The position numbers were made by a program, and so were the translations under genes. A DNA stretch of 26,548 nucleotides from an uncultured archaeon (GTDB taxonomy: Archaea; Thermoplasmatota; Penumbrarchaeia; JASLWR01): contig CAYFHS010000040.1 of NCBI GenBank assembly GCA_964342815.1, positions 11,707-38,254 on the forward strand, written 5' to 3'. This document shows, piece after piece, positions 1 to 8,503 of this stretch. A model generated the notes under the pieces. That model did no database searches. It saw only the letters and a list, made by a program, of their open reading frames with translations, and had not been told where the DNA came from. Positions within the stretch are counted from its first letter, which is position 1, and each line of letters opens with the position of its first letter.

Positions 1-96
1 ATAATAGTCATCGTCATCGTCTTCATAATAGTCATCGTCATCGTCTTCATAATAGTCATCGTCTTCATAATAGCCATCGTCATCGTCGGTATAATA
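1..96 (-). repeat. 24-bp tandem repeat encoding (EDDDDDYY)n
   Basis: ATAATAGTCATCGTCATCGTCTTC at 1-24 and 25-48, an 18-bp variant at 49-66 and a degenerate copy at 67-90. All are in frame within the CDS. Confidence 0.9.
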
Positions 97-2193
97 GTAA
101 CCATCATCCTTTCGCTTACCACGCATATCCCGATAACCATGATCCCAATTGTCCACATAATAATCATCGTCGTCATCATAATCCCGGTACCTGCCTTTTT
201 TTCTATGCTTGTAAACACGTGCCCGACTATTCTTAAAATGATCATCGTCATCATGATCGTCATACCGGTCAAACTTATCAACATGACCTTTATCTATCCG
301 ATCATCGCTGCGACGGGTCCTTTGTTCCAAACCTGCTTCAGCTTTCTTTACGGTCTCAAATTTGGTTGGATCTTTACCTCGATGTTTGCCAGACGCTCTA
401 TCCAGCTTACGAGAATCCTGAAGATCAGTTATATCTACCTTTGAAGTCTTCGGACTTTTTCCAAAGTCTTCCATGGTCCAGCGGTTTTTAAAAAAGTTAA
501 CTATAAGTGTACTTATTATCAACAATATGAGTAGACATAAGGCGATCAGAACGGCAGGAAAAACCCAGGCATCATCATCCTTTACTTTTTCTAATGGTAT
601 ATAGATATATCTTGTTGGATCATTGGGATATTTATCCAATCTCAAGCCAGTTGTAGAGTCAGCTTCGCTCTTGCCGGTGATCCACCAATCGGGCGAACCA
701 TCTCCATCGCTGTCGATACTGGCCGCTGGATCTTCAGGGAAGGCATCGGGTTGAAAAGCATTCTCCACAAGAATTCCTATTTTTCGCCCGGAGGTCCAAG
801 AAAGATTGTGGTAGTTATCTCCCCAACCATCCAGATCGGTATCATTCCACTGTGTCGAATTATCTGGAAAAATATCAGAATTCATTCCATCATTATTGTC
901 TCCGAACCCATCACCGTCGGTATCCATCCATTGAGTCGGTTCTTCTGGCAACATATCAATATGAAGACTGGGAGTATGAAGGCTTTCATTATAGCCCGTA
1001 TTCCATTCATCAGGGTATCCGTCTCCATCTGTATCGAGGCTCACAGCAGGATCATAAGGAAGATCATCCAATCTTTCGATATTCGTATTAGAATCATCCG
1101 CAGATTTTCCCTGATTCCAAAAATCCGGAAAACCGTCACTATCAGTATCTTTTGCAGCGGACGGATCAAGGGGGAAATCGTCCTTGATGAAACCGTCTGA
1201 ATCAATATCCGAATTCCATATTCTTATCCTTCCATCTGCGTGACCAGATACCACCATTCTGTTATCCATGGACCAGGATACACATTTGAGATCACTCATT
1301 GTCGCCATAAAAGTAACGAATATCTTACCGGTCTCCGCATCCCATACATCAATATTATTATCTAATGAAGCAGAGAATAACACAGTACTATTGTAATACC
1401 AGTGCGTATCTAATATGCTATTACTATGGCTGAAATTTACCATCTCTTTTCCAGAAACGGAATTCCAAACTTTTACCGTACCATTCACCGAACCCGAAGC
1501 GACCCAAGCTCCGGCGGGAGAAGCCCACGAGACGGAAACGACACTCTTGGAGTGCCCGAAATAATGAAGGGAGACCTCCTTTGATAATGTGTCCCATATC
1601 TTCACCGACCCATCATCGGAACCAGATAATATGGCAGCGCCGTTAGGGGACCACGACAGTGACCGAACGGGTCCGGTATGATTCGTAAAGGTTAGAAGTT
1701 CACTACCTGTTTCAGAATTCCAGATCTTGACCGTGGAATCGTTTGAAGCCGAAGCGATCCTGATATCACTTTGAGGTGCCCAAGCAACGTCTGTAACGGA
1801 GCCTTTATGGCCGGTAAAGTTCAGTTGAAAATCCCTTGTATCCAAGTTCCAGACCTTTGCGGTCCCGTCAGCGGAACCGGACACGATGCGATTGCTGTCG
1901 GAAGACCAGTTAAGTGACAAAACTGATTCAGTATGGCCCGTGAAATTGATTATTTCCCCCGATGTCTTCCAATCCCATATTCTAATGGTACCATCGGTAA
2001 AACCCGCTGCGATCTTGTTGTTGTCTGGTGACCATTCAACACATCCTATTGCCGATTCATTATCACCTATCTCAAGATCTGGTTTCACCACCCTAACTGC
2101 TCCCACAAATACATCACTGCTGATGCAGATCGAAAGAGAAAAAACAGTGATCACCAGGGAAAAAACAATAAAGGTACCAATTGTCTTTGATAT
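1..2193 (-). CDS. Single-pass surface protein, 3'-truncated by the window edge (731 aa visible): signal peptide, 7 WD40 repeats, TSP3-like Ca-binding repeats, TM helix, Asp/Tyr-rich tail
   Basis: Not in the ORF track. Manual translation of the minus frame is open from a TAG at 2218-2220 to base 1. It shows WD40 units (e.g. FTGHTESVLSLNWSSDSNRIVSGSADGTAKVWN), DxFPxDP...DTDGDG repeats and a hydrophobic helix at 490-570. The start is uncertain: ATA at 2193 behind a GGAGGT, or GTG at 2154. Confidence 0.9.
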   Translation of the reverse strand, partial: MSKTIGTFIVFSLVITVFSLSICISSDVFVGAVRVVKPDLEIGDNESAIGCVEWSPDNNKIAAGFTDGTIRIWDWKTSGEIINFTGHTESVLSLNWSSDSNRIVSGSADGTAKVWNLDTRDFQLNFTGHKGSVTDVAWAPQSDIRIASASNDSTVKIWNSETGSELLTFTNHTGPVRSLSWSPNGAAILSGSDDGSVKIWDTLSKEVSLHYFGHSKSVVSVSWASPAGAWVASGSVNGTVKVWNSVSGKEMVNFSHSNSILDTHWYYNSTVLFSASLDNNIDVWDAETGKIFVTFMATMSDLKCVSWSMDNRMVVSGHADGRIRIWNSDIDSDGFIKDDFPLDPSAAKDTDSDGFPDFWNQGKSADDSNTNIERLDDLPYDPAVSLDTDGDGYPDEWNTGYNESLHTPSLHIDMLPEEPTQWMDTDGDGFGDNNDGMNSDIFPDNSTQWNDTDLDGWGDNYHNLSWTSGRKIGILVENAFQPDAFPEDPAASIDSDGDGSPDWWITGKSEADSTTGLRLDKYPNDPTRYIYIPLEKVKDDDAWVFPAVLIALCLLILLIISTLIVNFFKNRWTMEDFGKSPKTSKVDITDLQDSRKLDRASGKHRGKDPTKFETVKKAEAGLEQRTRRSDDRIDKGHVDKFDRYDDHDDDDHFKNSRARVYKHRKKGRYRDYDDDDDYYVDNWDHGYRDMRGKRKDDGYYYTDDDDGYYEDDDYYEDDDDDYYEDDDDDYY
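616..1200 (-). repeat. TSP3-like acidic Ca-binding repeats (protein level)
   Basis: DDFPLDPSAAKDTDSDG, DDLPYDPAVSLDTDGDG, DMLPEEPTQWMDTDGDG, DIFPDNSTQWNDTDLDG, DAFPEDPAASIDSDGDG. Confidence 0.8.
1213..2079 (-). repeat. Seven WD40 repeats (one complete beta-propeller)
   Basis: Seven units of about 42 aa ending IWD, VWN, IWN, IWD, VWN, VWD, IWN, several with GH-type starts. Confidence 0.9.
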
Positions 2194-2200
2194 GGATTCA

Positions 2201-2206
2201 ACCTCC
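2201..2206 (-). promoter_or_regulatory. Shine-Dalgarno GGAGGT for the WD40 gene
   Basis: ACCTCC on the + strand, 7 nt upstream of an in-frame ATA that opens a signal-peptide-like sequence. Confidence 0.55.
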
Positions 2207-2473
2207 GGGGTGATAGGCTATAATGCGAGTTTGATTTAACCGACATCATCGCAACTTCTTTTCGAGTATTTGAGTATTCCTTTTTTTTTTCCCCATGGAG
2301 TTAATAAATCCACCCTAAGAAGATTAAAAACTAATAGAATAATTCGACGATTGTTCTATAAAATTTAAAATATATGTTATCGATAACCTATTGATAGTGC
2401 AAAAATTTAATAATAATATAAATTGTACCGGATTTTATACATGCATATGTAACGTGACAGTAGGAGTGATATA

Positions 2474-3094
2474 ATGAATACCATTTTCCCAAAAATAACG
2501 CGGTTAACAATAATCCTATCGGTAATTATTATTTTAATGGTCTCCCTCAACCATGGCTCAATTCTACGGATCTACCGTCCAGGCGGAGCTCAGTTTCCAG
2601 AAGATGAGATTTCTAAAACAGTATTCATACCGGAAATCCTGAACATTACTTTAGACAGCTTCCAAGAACTAAATGACATGAAAGATACAACCCAGAATCT
2701 AACATTCATCAAAGAAGGGAACGATGGGAGTCTGCGACTTTCCACAAATATCCCGGATATCACAATAACCGGTTCATTCAGCAGCGGGGAGCCCATCTAC
2801 GCGGAGACCTTGACATTGAAAGCCGGTGCCTCGGTGATACCTTCCGGAGGTGGAGACAATATAGAGATGTATGCAAGAAATCTCGTAATGGAACGAGGGA
2901 GTATCATAGATGTAACGGGGAGAGGCGGTATCAACGATGGTAAGGGGGAAGATGGAAAAAACGCCGATCGGTATTGGCGTGGTGGAGGGGGAGGGGGCGG
3001 TGGAGGGTACGGAGGTGAGGGTGCTGATGGTGGATACGGGGGGGAACCGGTGGAGCCGGAGGTGAAGGAGGGGAAAACTTTGGGTAATCGATGA
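2474..3094 (+). CDS. N-terminal fragment of a frameshifted giant surface protein (signal peptide, start of the Gly-rich region)
   Basis: GGAGTGAT RBS before the ATG and a hydrophobic N-terminus. The Gly-rich sequence continues in other frames past the TGA at 3092-3094. Confidence 0.75.
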   Translation: MNTIFPKITRLTIILSVIIILMVSLNHGSILRIYRPGGAQFPEDEISKTVFIPEILNITLDSFQELNDMKDTTQNLTFIKEGNDGSLRLSTNIPDITITGSFSSGEPIYAETLTLKAGASVIPSGGGDNIEMYARNLVMERGSIIDVTGRGGINDGKGEDGKNADRYWRGGGGGGGGGYGGEGADGGYGGEPVEPEVKEGKTLGNR

Positions 3095-3305
3095 TTATGA
3101 TATTTCAGCGGGAAGCAAAGGCGGCGAGGGTGGAGATAGTTCTTCAAATGGGGCTAAAGGAGGAATAGGCGGCGGAGTCATCAAACTGGTCGCTGAAAAT
3201 ATCTTTATCAACAGCACGATCAAGAGCGATGGCACAGAGGGGTCCACTTCAGGCAATTCAGCGGATGGTTCAGGGGGAGGGGGAGGGGGAGGGTCAGGTG
3301 GTGGT

Positions 3306-6300
3306 GTGCTTATTCAGGGCAGGTATATTGGATTTGGCAGTTTTTCCGAAATATCGACAAAGGGAGGGAAAGGCGGTGAGAGTGGAACCCCCGCCAGATA
3401 TGGTTCCGGAGGGGGAGGAGGGGGCGGTGCAGGTGGTCGGATAAAAATATTCAACGAAGAACCGATAAATGGAATCGAAAGCCTTTTTATGAACCTTGAA
3501 GGAGGGAAAGGTGGATTGGCGAGTCAAACACCAACTGGTAGTTTCTATACTGGAGCGGTAGGAAAAAACGGCGATTCGGGCAATTACTCTATAAAAAACA
3601 GGAATTTCGAACTCCCCCTTGATTATCTTCCAGAAGGTGAATACATATCTAAGTCCATGGACACAGGTAATCCTAGTCCCCATTTTGATAACATATCTTT
3701 CTCCTTCGAAGCTCCTGAAAAAACCTCGGTGGAGGTATATACCCAGACCGCACCAGCGAACCAGCAGAACCCCGATATTCCAGGCTCCTGGACCGAATGG
3801 AGCGGTCCTTATCCATATCCCGGAGAAAAGATCACTTCACCTGGTAACCAATGGATCCGGGTGCGGATCGTTTTAAAAAACCAGGAATCCGCCCTTCACC
3901 TTACTCCAGTTTTCGATAGTGTTAAAATAGAATATCACACTGATGAATCCCCTGTAGATCTGCAATTAGGTATCACTCCAAACACAGTCAATGCAGCTGA
4001 TGGAATGAGCACCATAATCTCGGCAATGTTTCGAGATACGGACATCCACAATACTGAAATATTTGCAGGGAAGTTGAAATTACAAGAGAAGTCCATGAAT
4101 GTCGAAATGGAACTTTTAGATGGCAAATTCATCGAAAGTGATAACTGCGAGATAATGGAGGTAGAACCGGGACAGTATATCATCAACTACACTTTCACTC
4201 CGGAAAAATACATCCATGACGGTACATGGAATACTTACTTCGAGGTATCAGATGGTATTACTGATAAGATTGCAATGGATTTTAATGATACTGAAGAGAC
4301 CCTGACGATTTTTACCAATTTCAAAACTATCCTTCCTCCAGAAGCTCTCAATGTTAATCCCTTAATACTCCCAATTAAGGAGAGTTATAATACGACAATA
4401 TCTTTCGAAATCCAAGACGAGGATCCCTACCCAATAGAAGAATTCATGTTCACTATAAGGTTGAAGAAATTGAACAGTTCGGGCCAGTATGATCTGATTG
4501 TGGATAAAAAACTTCATGAAACAGAAGGATTGAAGCTAGTGGAAACCAGAGGCCATTCGTATAAATTCGAATACAGCTTTGATCCACAGGACAATACCGA
4601 AGAGGGTCTTTATGACATATATATAGAGGTAAAGGACAACATGGGCTCAAGTTATAATATTGAAACCGAAAAGACCGATGTCAGATTGACACTCCTCATG
4701 AACTCACCACCTGATTCGCCGACATGGATCCTTCCTGGAAGGACTGCCGAACAGACACCAAGGATCGTCTGGAGCGAGTCGAATGATCCGGATGATGATT
4801 CCCTTGTATACTTCATTCAGATCGGTACATTACCTTTCGGTAAAGACGTTCTCGTAGGAACCGGCACGGGGAAGAACAACTTTTATGACCTTACACTACC
4901 TCTTCCCTACGGGGATTATTATGTCCAGGTATGGTCCAAGGATCAACACTTCACATCATCGGTATTTCAGGCAAAGTTAAGCATAGACCCAGGTGCCAAT
5001 ACGCCACCAAGACCTCCAACATCCGTATACCCAGATACAACAAAAGATATATTTCCCACAATAAGCTGGTCAGGTGCTTTCGACATTGACGGTGACGAAC
5101 TTTCATATTTCATACAGATAGGAGAAACATTGGGTGGGTCAGAGATACTGGCAAAACAATCAACCGGGACTTTAGAACAGATCACTATAAAAGAACCCCT
5201 GGAAAGAGGAAAAGAATATTTCATACAGATATGGACATATGATGGTAAAGCCGAATCGCACCCAGTGGAGGAGAAACTCACCGTTCTGACCATGGGGAAT
5301 CATAAACCTGAAGCTCCCTCGGGAATCACACCCGATGTGACAGGAGACCCAACTCCAACTATATTCTGGTCGAAAGGATTCGATATTGATGGGGATGAAC
5401 TAACATATTTCATACAGATGGGAAGCGACCCCGGAAGCGGTGATATATTCCACTGGTTACCAACAGGGACCGAGACGAGTTATCTGGTGCCTTACAACCT
5501 ATCCTACGGAACCTATTACGTGCAGGTAAAATGCAGCGATTCCAAGTTGGAATCAATGATATTGGAAGAGATATTGAATATCTGGATCACCGGCAATATT
5601 CCACCCACGGCTCCGCAGAGTATTGGCCCGAACGTCACCGTAAAGCACTATCCAGATATCATGTGGGAGGGGGCCCATGACGAGAACGATGAAGACCTCG
5701 GAAAATTGATTTATTTTATTCAAATAGGTGCTAAACCCGATGGGAATGAAATCCTCTCGTGGCAGATGACCTCCACCCCGTATTACAACGTCACCACGTT
5801 CCTTCCCGACGGTGTATATTACATCCAGGTAAAGACAGGCGATGGAATGGCGAATTCAAGCGTGTACCAGCAGGAATTGTACATTGGTACCTTCAAACCG
5901 GCGATCTTGTTCACTCCCATGGAACTTACAGTAGTACGAGGGGGCAGCTATGAGGTAAAAGTCAACATTTCTAATCGGGGGACAATTCCGGACAGAATAA
6001 ATATAATTCTCCCGGGATTGACCGGTATTTCTGTCGAGAGCAAGAATGACCGCTATGATCTTGGAAATATTCCTTTGGGACCGAACGAATATCTGGAGAT
6101 TATTCTGTTGATCAAGTTCACAGACTCCTTCGAATTTGCAGATCAGGTAATTAACGTGACTGCCGTCTCCCGGTCCGGAACGGCAACCACGAGTTTGCTT
6201 GTTCTCAAGGAGAACGAGATAAGCACAAGTGGATGGCTGGAGAGCTTTAGCGATAAATCATGGTTCTGGCCCTTGGTGGCGATTGTGCTTCTGGGCGGAG

Positions 6301-7169
6301 TATTATTAATTATACTCGTGATTGTCAGGCGGAAGAACCGGGGTCGAGAATACAACACCGGGCATTTCACCGAAATGGTTGAAATCAAAAAGGAAAAATC
6401 AATGATTAAAAAGAAAAAGACCGGTTCGGTAACGCGTATTTCGGAGACCCCCATCATGGACCCAAGGGCAAAGAGAATTGCAATGGCCATATACAGTGCT
6501 GAGCAGGCTCAGCTAAGCACACCGAAAAGCAGCAACCTACCTCAGCTACCGGAGTCAACGCGTGGTCCCAAAATATTTGTTCCGGATGTTGCAGTTGGAA
6601 CCAGTACTTCAAAGGGAGCTCAGGCAATAAAAGCCCTTCCTATGGCATCCATAGTGAAGGATATTGACAAGAGGGCGCCCATCTCAAAGGGAATGAATGA
6701 AGTGAATAAAAACGTCATTATCCAAAGGAAGGTTCCGGCTCAGCCGATCCAAGCTCAAAAAACTGCTCCCGGAGCAACGTCGCAGGAGATGAGTATTGAA
6801 AAGATGCAGGAGATCACGGGTAAGATATTGGACATCCAGAACAAACTTATAAAGTACAGACAGGAAGGGAAGGATACGGGATTGCCTGAAAAGAAGCTTC
6901 AATTGGCAAACCAGTATTTTGGCCAGAAAAATGTTGTTTCCCTGGAGATTTGCCTAGAGGAGATCTATACGATATTAAAGGTATTTGAGCAGCCGGAGAA
7001 AAAAATGGAAATAATCCCTCCACCCGATTTCGAGATTATGGATAACGAGGCCCATACTCCCTCGGAACCCATGGCACCTGCTCCCCCTCCCGATGTCGAA
7101 CCACCAGCCCCAAGCGATGATACGGACGTTTTTAAAAACCTCCAAAACCTGATAGACGGGATGAAATAG
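3306..7169 (+). CDS. Main frame of the giant surface protein: Gly-rich repeats, Ig-like domains, 4 FN3-like repeats, TM helix, cytoplasmic tail of about 290 aa
   Basis: ORF track 1287 aa. The frame is actually open upstream to 3066 (DDYDISAGSKGGEGG...GGGVIKLVAENI), so the GTG at 3306 is probably not the true start. TM: WFWPLVAIVLLGGVLLIILVIV followed by RRKNR. Confidence 0.85.
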   Translation: MLIQGRYIGFGSFSEISTKGGKGGESGTPARYGSGGGGGGGAGGRIKIFNEEPINGIESLFMNLEGGKGGLASQTPTGSFYTGAVGKNGDSGNYSIKNRNFELPLDYLPEGEYISKSMDTGNPSPHFDNISFSFEAPEKTSVEVYTQTAPANQQNPDIPGSWTEWSGPYPYPGEKITSPGNQWIRVRIVLKNQESALHLTPVFDSVKIEYHTDESPVDLQLGITPNTVNAADGMSTIISAMFRDTDIHNTEIFAGKLKLQEKSMNVEMELLDGKFIESDNCEIMEVEPGQYIINYTFTPEKYIHDGTWNTYFEVSDGITDKIAMDFNDTEETLTIFTNFKTILPPEALNVNPLILPIKESYNTTISFEIQDEDPYPIEEFMFTIRLKKLNSSGQYDLIVDKKLHETEGLKLVETRGHSYKFEYSFDPQDNTEEGLYDIYIEVKDNMGSSYNIETEKTDVRLTLLMNSPPDSPTWILPGRTAEQTPRIVWSESNDPDDDSLVYFIQIGTLPFGKDVLVGTGTGKNNFYDLTLPLPYGDYYVQVWSKDQHFTSSVFQAKLSIDPGANTPPRPPTSVYPDTTKDIFPTISWSGAFDIDGDELSYFIQIGETLGGSEILAKQSTGTLEQITIKEPLERGKEYFIQIWTYDGKAESHPVEEKLTVLTMGNHKPEAPSGITPDVTGDPTPTIFWSKGFDIDGDELTYFIQMGSDPGSGDIFHWLPTGTETSYLVPYNLSYGTYYVQVKCSDSKLESMILEEILNIWITGNIPPTAPQSIGPNVTVKHYPDIMWEGAHDENDEDLGKLIYFIQIGAKPDGNEILSWQMTSTPYYNVTTFLPDGVYYIQVKTGDGMANSSVYQQELYIGTFKPAILFTPMELTVVRGGSYEVKVNISNRGTIPDRINIILPGLTGISVESKNDRYDLGNIPLGPNEYLEIILLIKFTDSFEFADQVINVTAVSRSGTATTSLLVLKENEISTSGWLESFSDKSWFWPLVAIVLLGGVLLIILVIVRRKNRGREYNTGHFTEMVEIKKEKSMIKKKKTGSVTRISETPIMDPRAKRIAMAIYSAEQAQLSTPKSSNLPQLPESTRGPKIFVPDVAVGTSTSKGAQAIKALPMASIVKDIDKRAPISKGMNEVNKNVIIQRKVPAQPIQAQKTAPGATSQEMSIEKMQEITGKILDIQNKLIKYRQEGKDTGLPEKKLQLANQYFGQKNVVSLEICLEEIYTILKVFEQPEKKMEIIPPPDFEIMDNEAHTPSEPMAPAPPPDVEPPAPSDDTDVFKNLQNLIDGMK
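4701..5888 (+). repeat. Four ~99-aa fibronectin type III-like repeats
   Basis: Consensus NxPPxxP...PxIxW...DxDGDxLxYFIQIG...YYVQV seen four times (starting NSPP, NTPP, NHKP, NIPP). Confidence 0.8.
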
Positions 7170-7171
7170 GC

Positions 7172-7198
7172 GATCTGCTGTAAATCACTGCAGCGATC
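7172..7198. terminator. Stem-loop between convergent genes, possible terminator
   Basis: GATC-T-GCTGTA / AATCAC loop / TGCAGC-GATC directly after the stop at 7169. No clear U-tract. Confidence 0.25.
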
Positions 7199-7278
7199 AA
7201 TGAGGGCCTAGAATGAATATTCTTTGCAAGATTATAAAGGATAATCGAAGAGGTGGAAAAACCGTTAACTTTTAAAAC

Positions 7279-7974
7279 TTATCTAAAAGCTCCCCGAAAT
7301 CTCATTTTTAAAACAGTTTTGAAACCACAAATTGGCTCTTTACCCAGTAGGATAACCGATATCATAGTTAAAATACCTGCTGCGACTTGTGGTAACCGGG
7401 GAATAAATAAATTCGTGTTATATTTTTCCACCTCTTTTTCGTACATAGCCGTTTTTTGAAAATTCTTCAAATGTGGATCACTCCGAATGGTTTTCAATCC
7501 CTCCACGTATTCCTCGGTCGGAGATTGAATAAGAAACAATGAAACCAATATCAGAACAACTGATATCGACATGGTTAAAATCGCCATTCTCTGTTTTCGA
7601 TTACTTCCAAGCCCCATTAGAGAAACAATGCTGGATACTAATAACAAAAAATACGATGCTTCTACGGAGTAAAAAACTAACCTTACCACCCGGTAATTAA
7701 CTTTGTTCCTAAGAAAATATACGTGGAGCAATCCCAATGTTAGGTAAATAAGAAAAAAAATTATCATCAAGCTCAGGGATAAGGCAGTATATCGGGAATG
7801 CTCAATATTGTAGTTTTTCCTTTCCTTGGAAATACAATAAACCCCGAGAAGTGGCATCCACAGGATAAGGTAAGTATAGCTGCATATGGAATTATAAAAG
7901 ATGTTACTGGTTACATTCAGAAGTAGAATTCCAGCAAGAACGAAAAGAATCCCGAACCGAGTTAATTTCCCCAT
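7279..7974 (-). CDS. Hypothetical multi-pass membrane protein (about 6 TM), 231 aa
   Basis: ORF track; several hydrophobic helices; starts 9 bp downstream of nob1; no family recognised. Confidence 0.75.
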   Translation of the reverse strand: MGKLTRFGILFVLAGILLLNVTSNIFYNSICSYTYLILWMPLLGVYCISKERKNYNIEHSRYTALSLSLMIIFFLIYLTLGLLHVYFLRNKVNYRVVRLVFYSVEASYFLLLVSSIVSLMGLGSNRKQRMAILTMSISVVLILVSLFLIQSPTEEYVEGLKTIRSDPHLKNFQKTAMYEKEVEKYNTNLFIPRLPQVAAGILTMISVILLGKEPICGFKTVLKMRFRGAFR

Positions 7975-7983
7975 ACAAGTACA

Positions 7984-8484
7984 CTATTCCTTCAATCTCA
8001 CAACTTTGAGACCACTACCGCATACCGGACAATCTTTCTCAGTAGATCCTTCTTCAAATGCTTTACCGCAGCCAGTGCATTTCTTCTGCCATCGGAAAAC
8101 CTGTTCGATTCCTTTCTGCAAGCCCCTCTTAATAGGTATTCCTAGAACTTGCGCCAGATTTTGAACGGAGTAGTCATCGGTCATTATCTCGCCCTCCTCT
8201 TCCAGCGCAAGGGCCAGTAAGACACGGTCCGCATATGATAGACGAAGATCGTCACCGGTCTTCCTCGCTGCTCTCTCCACTATCTCCATGAAATGTTCGG
8301 TTGGCGAGCAGATGCGCAATCCCGCACTAATAGCGAGGTCCAGTGGAGCTTCTGCTCCCTTGGAGCGTATCTCATATTCCACCTCAGGAGGCATCAGCAG
8401 TTCGTATTCCACACCCAGCATACCAGGGGGTAACCCTTCCACGAAAATGTTCGCATCCACAATGAGAGAGGTCCTTCCGGTCAT
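7984..8484 (-). CDS. nob1: Nob1 rRNA-maturation endonuclease (PIN domain + Zn ribbon)
   Basis: PIN motifs LIVDAN, VEYE, LSYAD and TDDYSVQN, plus C-terminal CTGC...CPVCG. Confidence 0.92.
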   Translation of the reverse strand: MTGRTSLIVDANIFVEGLPPGMLGVEYELLMPPEVEYEIRSKGAEAPLDLAISAGLRICSPTEHFMEIVERAARKTGDDLRLSYADRVLLALALEEEGEIMTDDYSVQNLAQVLGIPIKRGLQKGIEQVFRWQKKCTGCGKAFEEGSTEKDCPVCGSGLKVVRLKE

Positions 8485-8503
8485 GAATCACCACGATTAA
8501 TCA

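Noticed and set aside
139-2239. Plus-strand ORFs 139..444, 751..1200, 852..1091 and 1886..2239
   Set aside because: Antisense shadows of the WD40/TSP3 gene, which explains the region with clear motifs.
2376-2387. Perfect palindrome GTTATCGATAAC in a divergent promoter region
   Set aside because: A 12-bp palindrome is roughly expected by chance in this much AT-rich intergenic DNA, and no second copy was found.
2797-3147. Poly-Pro ORF on the minus strand
   Set aside because: Antisense of the poly-Gly codons.
3306-3308. GTG as the true start of an independent 1287-aa gene
   Set aside because: No signal peptide follows it, the frame is open and Gly-rich for about 80 codons upstream, and the TM topology needs the 2474 signal peptide.
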